From contig NIVC01000059.1 of assembly GCA_002269645.1 (NCBI GenBank), positions 310,001-374,000 on the forward strand: 64,000 nt of DNA, read 5' to 3'. This document shows positions 34,336-60,700 of the stretch, in pieces. The stretch's first letter is position 1. Every line of letters starts with the position of its first letter. The position numbers and the translations under genes were made by a program. Below the pieces are notes generated by a model. It was not told the DNA's origin, ran no database searches, and worked only from the letters and a program-made list of their open reading frames with translations. The stretch is from Macrostomum lignano (lineage: Eukaryota).

Positions 34336-34863
34336 TCAAAGTTGGCTCAAACTGAGCAGGCAGGCTGCGAGCAGACCGCCACCCGTCAGGAGGCCCGGCA
34401 GAGGCGGACCCGACACCCGGCCGACCGAGTTGCACAGGTCCGTGTCGCAGCAGAAGGTCCTGGAGCTTTCGACACAAAATGGCATTGCAGCTCGACTGAT
34501 CGTATCGCCAAAGACTGCTTTCTGTGTTGATTGGTTTGAAAGTTACTAGCAAGTGATTTTAGCAATCCTGGCTGTGTGGTTGAAACTATTCACGGGTACG
34601 ATTTCACGTGTCTGGTGACTATGATAATTTGACTAAGATGCACGAGACCTCAAGAGAGGGAGTGGAGACTGATGAGAGAGTAGAGGATAGTGAGAGCTAG
34701 GAAAATGGATGGACGGCGAGTAGAGCCATAGGATCGTTGCAACCATTAGCACTAAAAGCACTCACCTTGCAGTAGTTACTGGACGATGTTGCTGTGCTGC
34801 TGTCAACAGTCTTGCAATTGAAGCAGGAGTAGCATCTCACGGCAAGGCAACCAGTGAGGCAAG
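34336..34863 (-). CDS. Ly6/uPAR (three-finger) GPI-anchored protein; last two exons, signal-peptide exon not located
   Basis: Exons 34863-34766 and 34521-34336 splice in frame to LAVRCYSCFNCKTVDSSTATSSSNYCKKAVFGDTISRAAMPFCVESSRTFCCDTDLCNSVGR plus a hydrophobic tail. Not present in the ORF track. Confidence 0.85.
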
Positions 34864-36472
34864 CTAAAATTTTCGTTAAGCGATGATAATTAGTGCAATT
34901 CCAGAATATAATGCTGAAAAGCTAGAAACTGAATAAAAATAATTACCGGCTATTGTAAAGCTAATTAACAGGGCTCTAATGCTGGGCATGATAGAAATTA
35001 ATGTGATTAGAGCAGCTAATATGTGGTACAATTTTCAAACAATGCAGTAAATAGCTCGAATGTTTGGATTTCAAGAGCGACGTTTGAACTGACTCTGCTG
35101 ACAAATTAAATATATTTTAGAAGAAATTAAATTGTTTATGCCAAGTTTTAATATCGATGTAAACCACACGAGAATGTCATTAACTAATAGCATGCAACTG
35201 CACATCAACATGCAGTAATATCAATCTGGATTATAATATAAGCAAAACAATTTCGACAGGAAGCAGTGCCAGCAACAAGATTAAGCTGCGTTCAGTGGAA
35301 TCCACTGCTTGGTCACTGTGGCTGTATTTATATATATTATCATGTATATATAAAGTTTCAATTCTGGATTTAAAAATAAAACCAAGGTGTTTGAATTAAG
35401 GGACAAGACCTGATCTAGAGCCTGTCGTTTCAGGACTGTGTGCGTACGTACGAGTATGCATGAGTATTGACCCTAGTATTGAGTCCAGTGACCCTAGTCT
35501 GAATCAGGGTCACGACCTCTGACCACTGACACCACCTTTGCAGCCGGATTGATATGATTTATTGATATCATATCAATTTGATATGATACGGTCCTAGTCT
35601 GCAGTCAGAGAATTAGAATATAAAAAATATTTTGTCTGAACAAAAGCTCTTTACAAAGTATTAAAGCCGGTAGATAAACTAAGAACCTTACATGTAGTTT
35701 TTACTGAGCAATGTTGTATTCCAGGTCTGTATTGATTGAACGACCTGCTATGGTTATCCATTGTACTTTAAAGTTAACTCCGAAAAGTTGAACAACAGTT
35801 CGAAAGATCGAGACATAATGGAAATTATAACAAAATTCATCAAAAAGGCCGTAAGGCTTCATACGAGTATTTGTACCTGGTACCAAAAAAGCTCGAACTG
35901 TGCTTGCATAGGAGATATTAGCTCTTATTTTAACTTTCGCTTTGTCCAAAATTTATTTACTAGCTTCTCCTATTTTTCTCTGTCCCGCGGTTATCTTTAC
36001 ACATTATTATTGATCAAGCATTCAATATGCTCTACTATCAGTAGAGTAATTACAACAGTTCTTGCCGAATTGAAACCCTTAGAGAAAAACTCTAATTAAA
36101 TGCGCTGCACAGGATAAACAAATTTTCTAGCCTAGCTCAGTCCGAGCGGAGTTTTCATTGACCCAGAAAAACAAGAGAGTAAACAGCTCTGTTGCTTTCG
36201 CTCAACCAGAATTTTTTCTTTGCTATTACTATAAAAATCTCGCAATTAAATGCCAAATTTGTTTTTCTGTTTGGATATTTTGAAAATAAACGAAAGAATA
36301 ATGCTTTTTTCTCAATGTCAGGATCAACTCCCAGATAGTAATGAATTGCAGTCACATGTAGTAACTAAAACATGGATTGGTAAATTCTCAACTAAAATAA
36401 AAGTATAAAATTATTGCACAAGAAACTGAAATTAAGTAGCAATATTCTGAAACTAATTGTTAAGATTTTGAA

Positions 36473-36680
36473 ATCACTGGTAAGATTTGTAAGTCTCCGG
36501 TAAGGTTCCTGAGTCACCGTTAAGATTCGTTAGTCACCGGTAAGATTCGTTAGTCACCGGTAAGATTCCTAAGTCACCGGTAAGGTTCGTAAGTCACCGG
36601 AAAGATTTGTAAGTCACCGGAAAAGTTCGTCAAAGTCACCGGTAAGTTTCGTAGGTCACAGGTAAGATTTCCTAAGTCAT
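36473..36680. repeat. 20-bp minisatellite (GTCACCGGTAAGATTCGTAA), ~10 degenerate copies
   Basis: Tandem copies visible. Confidence 0.88.
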
Positions 36681-36957
36681 AAGTATTATACCTGTTGATT
36701 ATTATTTGATTATTAATTAATAATTACGTGATTAATAAGTTCAGCCCTAGGTTTCCCACAACACCAACATTCGATATAACGATTAAAACATTTCATTGTT
36801 TAGCAATTTGACGATCATTATTCACATTTTTAATGCAGAACAATCCATTACTACAAACAATGCATTGTCTGTAGGATCGTCAAACAGAAAAACAATGCAA
36901 AGAATCAGCGGTCGCAGCACGTGACAACGATTTGTCTATGGCTCGCGCCTACCGGAC

Positions 36958-37356
36958 ACGTATGAAACATTCGCCGACACTTATTCAGACACTTCTACAG
37001 ACACTTTAGTTTCTGTCGTACGAATCGTAGGAAAAAGCATTAAATTTGTTTATTTCTAACAAACTATCAGTAAAACTGCTTTATTTTAAGCTTTTTTGCT
37101 TTATTTTATTAAATATGAATCATGAAATTTGTTATTCTACATAGATTCTCTTCACGTGAAGAAGAATGTTAAATTTGTCCAGGACACTTCCTAATTTATA
37201 TTTAGTAAAATAAAGCAAAAAAAGCTTAAAATAAAGCATTTTACTGATAGTTTGTTAGGAATAAACAAATTTAATGCTTGTTCCTACGATTCTTACGACA
37301 GAAACTAAAGTGTCTGTAGAAGTGTCTGAATAAGTGTCGGCGAATGTTTAATACGT
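36958..37356. mobile_element. Mutator-like MITE (foldback), 399 bp
   Basis: ~170-bp near-perfect TIRs starting ACGTATGAAACATTCGCCGAC; exact 9-bp TSD CTACCGGAC (36949-36957, 37357-37365). Confidence 0.9.
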
Positions 37357-37974
37357 CTACCGGACCGCTGATTATTTATCCACTGTTTCCGTGAGCCCTT
37401 GTCCTTAAAAAATGATCAGCTAAATGTCAACAAGAGTTGTTTTGTCAACCCCGAAATTCTCGCCGTTTCAATTCGCATTCCTACCTGTTAATTTAGGAAG
37501 TCTAATACCTGAGTTTGATTGACAGTCGACCTGTCATTGAGCGATAACGGTCCAACAGCAGCAGATAAGGAGGCCCTTGTAGAGCTGCTGTAGTGTAGCA
37601 CAAGTCTAATAAAATTCAACTAAAGGAGTGTCTAAAAATGACGCAACCCTGTGTTGGACGCAGGCACAGCCTCTTGTACGAGCATTTGATATCGCTCAAC
37701 ACCCGGCCAGCCCCCAAACCCCCGGCTGCCCTCCCCAACGCCCTAAAGCATTTCAGGCAGCGGGTGACAACAACACATGATAATTAGCTTCTCTTCGAGC
37801 GGTGAGCATGGCTTGGAATGATTGACAGCACCTGAGATCGGGCTTTAATCGCGATGAAGAGGCCCCGAGAGATTTGGTTAAAATACCAAAAGTGTAAGAC
37901 AGATGGAGAAGATACTTATTGGTCTAAGATTTCTGGGCCACGCACCGAATTCACCCAGAACCCTTTCAAACAGC

Positions 37975-38886
<912 letters not shown>

Positions 38887-39974
38887 TCAGTTGGCAAAGA
38901 GGAAGTCCGAAGTCCATAGAGACAGCAATAGCAACTTGAACTTTTAAAGTCCCTCCTAGCGCGTAACTTTGAGCACAGTCAGGCTCAGCACTGCACAGAG
39001 CCGCAGAGTGTGCTCACAAATAAACAGTCGAAATTTAGACCTCGCCGGATTGCACTGGAGCGGCACCCTCGACTTTCGCCCTTCACTCATCCCCACATAC
39101 GAGCGTATAAAAATTCTAACTGGCTCTTCGCTCTACCATGCAGTTAGTGTCGTCTACTCAGTTGCATAGGCCCTGCTGCGGGCACAATACACTGACTGCG
39201 CTTAACATAATATGCGAATTAAGTGGCCGGTGGCCTTCCCTCTGTCTCTCCTCTCTCTCCTCTCTTCTCCTTTAACACTTAACAGCCAAGGCAAACTGGG
39301 GGTGGCGGGGCTAAGGGGAGGTGGGTCGCCTTGGGGTAGGAGGGGTTGTTTTGGCGAATAATAAAAAAATCGATAACACCGCAAGCGCACTGAGCCGCAG
39401 GCCCAGTCTGGCCCACTCCTATTGGCTCTGCACCCGATTCATTCAGTTTTTTCTTTCTCTCTCTCTCTCTCACTCTCTCTGTCTCTTTCTCGGGTCCTCA
39501 GCTCTCGTCTAGTTTTTCAGGCCTCTAGTTGAAGCTCTATCTCTTTAAATTCATTTCTTTACCGGATTTTCTTTATACATTTATTTTTCTCTCGCCCGCT
39601 GCAAAACAAACAAAGCGGACCAGGAGTATCTATTGCGCGAATTGCGCAATAAAACAAAAAAGTTTTTTTAAATTACACGTGAACCGGAGTAAAAGACAGG
39701 CCTTGCATACGGAAGTCTTTTCAACTCAGATTATAATTAAAAGCTAATACAGACTCAAGACAAAAGGGCTAGTAGCAGGACTTAATCCTTTCGACTATTC
39801 GACACGGCCAACAGAAATCGAAGCGCAAAATTCGATTTGGTCGGCGCCGATGGGCCAAGCGGAGCGCCGCCTGTCGTTGTTTCTTTTGATATGCAGAGTT
39901 CGCCGTTAATAGTAGTCGCAGGAGCGGCGGCGGCGGCGGCGGCGGCGGCGGCTGCGACCTATCGAACCGATCGG

Positions 39975-53511
<13,537 letters not shown>

Positions 53512-55947
53512 AAAAATGTTGACGACGAGAAGCTCATGGAGGATTCGGTTTGTTTTTCTCTGCTCTGGGAGAATTCGAGCGACTAATTTGAACTCCTAAT
53601 TGTCCTGCGCTATCAGCGTGCGCGAGTATTTCCAGTGTAAATACCATGTGCGTATTACAGAGAGAGAACGAGAAATGATTGCCTCTGCGTTTTAACAACA
53701 GTTTATCTAATACGATGGACCGAGATTTTAGGATATCCATATACTAAAAATGAAATAATGTACTATACGTGTAGCTATATACATATACATGTACATCCAC
53801 GTAACAATGATTGCCTTCCCTTGTCTGAGTGTACATGCATGCACATCCAGCATTAAAATGGCAAATCATATTTTTCTCCATCATTCTAATTACTTATTCT
53901 TTCAATTTGAATCAATCAGATTAAAGCAGTGGCATTGCATGTTTTGCTATTTTTTAAAGAGCTGAATATAGACAGTGAGGCGATCACAGAGTGCCGGTAA
54001 TTAGATCCGCAAGAACAAATTTTTAGCTATTGTAACAAGTCTCAGAAAAACTATTCGCCACATTGTACAATCATTTTTCTGCGTGCGAGACTCTACCACA
54101 CGAATTCTACAGTGCTAATTTGTTATTACCTGTCGCTCGTAATATTTTCGCGGTACTGAAAGATCACGATCGTTGCTAGGATCTACGCAGATACCCTCGT
54201 TGGTTTCATTTTTCTCTTAACTTGTTTTTGTATCTGTGCTCTTCATCGGTAAAACTTAGTATTGTATTGTTCGCTGTTACGTAAGAGCGTGTTGTACATG
54301 CAGCTAGCTATCTGTAGCTATACATAGTGGTATGTGTAGATTATGTTTTCAATTGAAACTAAATGTATGCTTACATGTACTTTAAAAACCGTGACATCGG
54401 TTTGGTCTAAAGGACTCGATTAGTGTTGCGTCCTGTCTACGTGTGCGCGGTATTCGTCTCTGCATACTGTGATTTTTCTCTCGGCGCACCTAATTTATTA
54501 TTTTTTTCTCTTCACTTACGACCTTAATTGTGCCTTGCTTTTTCGATACAGTATTTTTCTAAACGTACTGTTGTTAGAAACTTATTATTAAATCTACTAT
54601 TTAGGGGCTGACTTGTATGTTCGATTTCTATTACATACATACCTGCATTGTATTACTGTTACTAATGACGAGAAAGCTGAGGCACGAATTTTGGTCTCTC
54701 GAGATTCGCATTGCATTTTTCCATGCAATTCATAAATTGCTTTAACAATATTAATCATACCGTATATTAGAGAGGCGGCATGTACACATGTACATCGTTG
54801 TATTAGTCATTTTGATTCGTAAACAATGAAACAAAAAATATAAAGAGCGCTTATTAAAAAAACTCGCTCGCTCTTTCGGATTAACGTGCAGTCATTTTTT
54901 AAACTTCGTCTATACATTTTATCACGATACGTGACTGTCCATATCGTTCTCAATCATTTTTTGTTACTTCATTTTATGCTCATTTTCTCGCTGATATTGA
55001 TGTTCTAAACCGCCCGCCCCCCCTCCCCGAGGACTCATCAGATGACTCCCCCTACGCCTACCCGCCACTCATTTTTGTCACCCAACCCACAACTGACGTT
55101 CCGTGTTGGAAATCACTGCACGGACGATCGTATTTGATCTATTAGCTGCATCTCCCCCAAGCTATTTCCATATTCTGTCACTGGATTTGCTATGCAACAC
55201 TACGTGCATTATGTACGTGTATGACGTACATGGCGATTATTCGCTGGCGTTTTAAAAGTTAACAGTTTTAAAACAAGGAACATGAAATGACCAAATTGTT
55301 TTCGCGAAGCATATCGTTTGAAATCCCCAGAGGCAATATTGTGTCAAGAAAAAAAATCGCCACTAAATCGCTACCTCGCCAGCAATATTCACCGGCGATT
55401 CACTGGCGGCTTTCCGAGAGGGATATGTGTATTACATACCCTCTTCTTCGTCGTGACGGACCCAATTTTCAGCTAATCAGCAGCTAGGCAGTTGACGTTT
55501 TTGGCTACGACGCCTGCCGAGGATGTCATAGGCCAAGAGGTCTCTGTTCACGTATCAATGATTGTGATGCGTGATCCTGGCACATACACTTCTAAAAATA
55601 ATTACATGTAAGCAACTGTGCAGCTCTTCGACAGTTCGATCACCCATCTGGATGTGTATCCTCTGTCTGTCCTAATTTCTGGCCAGTCAATTCCATAATC
55701 GTCACCTTGCTATTTTCTGTCTAAACCTGATCCTTTAATATATACTCAACAACATCGAAAAGTCGGCATCACAGAAGATTTCGTCTGTGGTCGCCACTTT
55801 TGAGAGAGTGCAGGTAAATTCTCTCAATCTTTGAAAGTGACTCAACCTACTGTTGGGTTCATGCACGGTAAGATGTCGGAATTCCGCGGTCTTGGAATCG
55901 TGCGTGAAAAGGAACATTGGCTGGCGGGAAACCCCGTTGACTCCCGG

Positions 55948-56860
55948 TGTTATGGTTTAGGATCTCCGGGGGTCCGGTCAGTTTAGGGTGTCCGGGGCGG
56001 AGACCCTAAACCGTTTAGGATCTCCCCTGGAGACTTCTAACGGTTATGGGTCTCCGGGGTAGGAGATCTGAAACCGTTTAAGGGTCTCCGCGGGGCATTT
56101 TCAGGTCTCCGCACCCGGAGATCTTAAACCAGTTTCTGATCTCCCCCCAGGAGACTCTAAACCAGTTTCAGCTCTCCGTCAGGGCCGCAAAAACAAAGTC
56201 CTGGTTTAGGATCTCCGGTTTCCGATCTCCCCCCCCATTTGTGTAAAACCAATGGTCATGGTATTGAACGCGTACATGTATAAGAAGTGGAAAGGCATTT
56301 TTATCATCAACGTAGCATTAGTTTTATATGTATATGCTCGCACAACTGTGTATTTAAATGGAAAACTGTTTACTGTTAAAGTAATGACGTAAATGTCCGC
56401 TTAGTGAACAACCGGTGATGCACTTTCAGCCGGTGCTTGGAGGAAGCATCTCTTGAGGTGTTTCCCATTGACACACCTGGTTAGTCCTCCTAGCCTGTAC
56501 ACGTTTTGACCAAGACACCTGGTCACGATGTAGACTTGCTGACTCCAAGTGTATCGCATCTTACCACCCTTCCGATCGTCCCTGCGAAGATTGCGAAGCC
56601 TAACTCTGTCCCCTCGCTTCAGATCCTGAACCCCAGCTGCTCCCACGGTGTGACGCTTTCGCATCATTTCCTGGGCCTGCTTGATCCTGCTGGAGATTAG
56701 CTTTAGCACTGCCGCTCGCTTCTTGTCTTTGACTGCAACAGAACGCCTATTGATTGCAGTGGGCTCAGGAACATCAGTTAGCGTTGCGGCATGCTCGCCA
56801 AGCAAAGGCTCAAAGCCAAAGGCGGCTCTGCAAAATGGCTTAAAATTCAACTAAAACTGG
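55948..56860 (-). mobile_element. Ginger/Gypsy-type integrase C-terminal remnant with a TGT-starting terminal region
   Basis: ORF 56850-56401 (FGFEP...IKQAQ...GDRVRLRNLRRDDRKGGKMRYTW...VNGKHLK) resembles an integrase C-terminus. The end CCGG|TGTTATGG is at 55948, followed by alternating GTTTAGGATCTCC/GGAGATC..AAAC motifs. Confidence 0.55.
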
Positions 56861-56904
56861 CTTAAACTACGGCATAAAACAATCTTATAGCTATCTTAAG
56901 CTAT

Positions 56905-57310
56905 CCAAGACCACCTGCTCTGTTGCAACAGTTGTTGCGAAATTGAGCAAACTCAGCAGTTTAAAATTATTGATCGGTGTAGAACTGATTTTATGCTCAA
57001 CATACTTGAATCCATGTACATTAAAGACCAAAAACCTAATCTGAATATTCAGCTCTCCCATAGTGGTGCGGGCCATTTGCTCAAGGTTTATTCTAAGTAA
57101 AGGCACTATAGTCTGAACAATGTACTTGCAATCTATGCTTAACATTTTTTGGAAAATTCTGCCCATGACATGCCCTTTGGACTGTACAGTTAACATTTGT
57201 TCATTTATAAAGTTGTTGTGTGAGTTAAAAATACACCAGACCCTGAAGATGGTCATTGTTGGACCGAAACGCGTCGGAAGAAAGATTTATTTATCGCGAA
57301 GGTGAGCTTT
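56905..57310 (+). mobile_element. Penelope-like element 3' end: GIY-YIG endonuclease C-terminus plus pseudo-LTR
   Basis: Frame 56912-57100 reads HLLCCNSCC...FKIIDRCRTDFMLNILESMYIKDQKPNLNIQ...*; a hammerhead motif lies downstream. Confidence 0.8.
57241..57277 (+). ncRNA. Minimal type I hammerhead ribozyme
   Basis: CC-CTGAAGA-T-GGTC-attgttg-GACC-GAAA-CGCG-TC-GG: intact core, 4-bp stem II, palindromic ACGCGT stem III, predicted GUC cleavage after 57275. Confidence 0.82.
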
Positions 57311-57734
57311 TCAGACATGCAATAATCACAGGTCAGACTAGAACCCTTGAGAAAAGGCTGCCGCTCTATTGCGCAATTTTGAGTCAATTACAAAAGCACG
57401 CATGCGCATTTTTAGCTACACACTAGCAATCTTCGCCCCCCGTTGGGGGACATCTGGATAGAATCTCTGTTCTCTACAAGTAACAAAAAGACAGCCAAAT
57501 AAAGCCTTCACAAAGACGACAGACAAACTGCTCTAATAAAGTGTAATGCAAAAAGAAATCATCCCAAGACAGCAAGCATCCCCCAGATTGCAAGCATCCC
57601 CCAGATAGCAAGCATCCCGAAAAAGTAAGCATCCACCATAAAATAAGTAGCTAGTGCTACAATTTCCTTAGCTCTATAGTGGCTCCTTTAAAATTGGCAT
57701 GACGCTTAATTTTACGTTTGAAATTGTGTAAATT

Positions 57735-60700
57735 TTATGTTTGACTTGGTGGCTCTTTAATGTTTGACATGGTGGCTCTTTTATGTTCTACATGGTGGCT
57801 CTCTTATGTTTGATTCGGGGTTTTCTTAATGTCTGACATGGTGTCTCTTTATTGTTTGACATAGTGGCTCTTTTATGTTTGACATGGTGGCTCTTTTATG
57901 TTTGACATGGTGTCTCTTTAATGTTTGACATGTTGTCTCTTTAATGTTCGACGTGGTGGCTCTTTAATGTTTGACATTATGGCTCTTTAATGTTTGACAT
58001 GGTGTCTCTTTAATGTTTGACATGGTGTCTCTTTAATGTTTGACATGTTGTCTCTTTAATGTTTGACATGGAGTCATGTATATGTTTGCCATGGTGGCTC
58101 TTTAATGTTAGACATGGTGTCTCTTCAATGTTTGACATGGAGTCATGTATATGTTTGACATGGTGGCTCTTTAATGTTTGACATGGTGGCTCTTTAATGT
58201 TTGACATGGTGGCTCTTTAATGTTCTTAACGGTGTCTGTTTAATGTTTGACATGGTGGCTCTCTAATGTTCGACATGGTGGCTCTTTAATGTTTGACATG
58301 GTGGCTCTTTAATTTTCGAAATGTTGGCTGTTTTATGTTTGACATGGTGGCTCTTTAATGTTAGACATGGTGGCTCTTTAATGTTTGACATGGTGGCTCT
58401 TTAATGTTCGACATGGTGGCTCTTTAATGTTAGACATGGTGTCTCTTTAATGTTTGACATGGAGTCATGTATATGTTTGACATGGTGGCTCTTGTATTTT
58501 TAACATGTTAGCTCTTTAATGTTCGACATGGTGGCTCTTTAATGTCCAACATGGAGTCACGTATATGTTTGACATGGAGTAATGTATATGTCTGATATGG
58601 TAGCTCTTTAATGTTTTACATGGAGTCACGCATATGTTTCACATGGTGGCTATTTTATGTTTGACATGGTGGTTCTTAAAAGTTCGACATGGTGGCTCTT
58701 TAATGTTTTACATGGTGGCACTTTCATGTTTGACCTGGTGGTTCTTTAATGTTTGACATGGTGGCTCTTTAATATTTGACATGGTGGCACTTTCCTGTTT
58801 GACCTGGTGGCTCTTTAATGTTTGACATGGTGGCTCTTTAATGTTTTACATGGTGGCACTTTCATGTTTGTAATGGTGACTATTTTATGTTCTACATGGT
58901 GGCTCTTTTATGTTCGACATGGTGGCTCTTTAATGTTTGATAAGGTGGCTATTTAATGTTCGACATGGTGGCTCTTTAATTTTTGACAAGGTGGCTCTTT
59001 AATGTTTGAAATAGTGGCTCTTTAATTTTCGAAATGGTGGCTGTTTTATGTTTGACATAGTGGCTCTTTAATGTTCGACATGGTGGCTCTTTAATGTTTT
59101 TATTGGTGTCTGTTTTATGTTTGACATGGTGGCTCTTTAATGTTTGACATGGTGGCTCTTTAATGTTTGACATTGTGGCTCTTTAATTTTCGAAATGGTG
59201 GCTGTTTTATGTTCTACATGGTGGCTCTTTAATGTTCGACATGGTGGCTCTTTAATGTTCTTAATGGTGTCTGTTTTATGTTTGACATGGTGGCCCTTTA
59301 ATGTTTGACATGGTGGCTCTTTTATGTTAGACATGGTGGCTCTTTAATGTTCGACATGGTGGCTCTTCAATGTTTGACATGGAGTCATGTATATGTTTGA
59401 CCTGGTGACTCTTTAATATTTGACATGGTGGCTCTTTAATGTTTGACATGGGGTCTCTTCAATGTTTGACATGGTGGCTCTTTTATCTTTGACATGGTGG
59501 CTCTTTAATGTTCGACATAGTGGCTGTTTTATGTTTGACATGGTGGCTCTTTAATGTTCGAAATAGTGGCTGTTTTATGTTTGACACGGTGGCTCTTTAA
59601 TGTTCGACATGGTGGCTCTTTAATGTTTTACATGGTGGCACTTTCATGTTTGACCTGGTGGCTCTTTAATGTTTGACATGGTGGCTCTATAATATTTGAC
59701 ATGGTGGCTCTTTTATGTTTGACATGGTGGCTCTTTTATCTTTGACATGGTGGCTCTTTCATGTTCGACATGGTGGCTCTTTAATGTTTGACATGGCGGC
59801 TCTTTAATTTTCGAAATGGTGGCTCTGTTTTATGTTTGACATGGTGGCTCTTTAATGTTCGACATAGTGGCTGTTTTATGTTTGACATGGTGGCTCTTTA
59901 ATGTTCGACATGGTGGTTCTTTAATGTTTTTAACGGTGTCTGTTTTATGTTTGACATGGTGGCTCTTTAATGTTTGACATGGTGGCTCTTTAATGTTTGA
60001 CATGGTGGCTCTTTAATGTTTGACATGGTGGCTCTTTAATTTTCGAAATGGTGGCTGTTTTATGTTTGACATGGTGGCTCTCTAATGTTCGACATGGTGG
60101 CTCTTTAATGTTTGACATGGTGGCCCTTTAATGTTTGACATGGTGGCTCTTTTATGTTAGACATGGTGGCTCTTTAATGTTCGACATGGTGGCTCTTCAA
60201 TGTTTGACATGGAGTCATGTATATGTTTGACCTGGTGACTCTTTAATATTTGACATGGTGGCTCTTTAATGTTTGACATGGGGTCTCTTCAATGTTTGAC
60301 ATGGTGGCTCTTTTATCTTTGACATGGTGGCTCTTTAATGTTCGACATGGTGGCTCTTTAATTTTTGACATGGTGGCTCTTTAATTTTCGAAATGGTGGC
60401 TCTGTTTTATGTCTGACATGGTTGCTCTTTAATGTTCGACATAGTGGCTGTTTTATGTTTGACATGGTGGCTCTTTAATGTTCGAAATAGTGGCTGTTTT
60501 ATGTTTGACACGGTGGCTCTTTAATGTTCGACATGGTGGCTCTTTAATGTTTTACATGGTGGCAATTTCATGTTTGACCTGGTGGCTCTTTAATGTTTGA
60601 CATGGTGGCTCTATAATATTTGACATGGTGGCTCTTTTATGTTTGACATGGTGGCTCTTTTATCTTTGACATGGTGGCTCTTTCATGTTCGACATGGTGG

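Noticed and set aside
55025-55050. CTGATGAGTCC on the minus strand as a second hammerhead
   Set aside because: No matching stem II arm or GAAA core; only a small palindrome.
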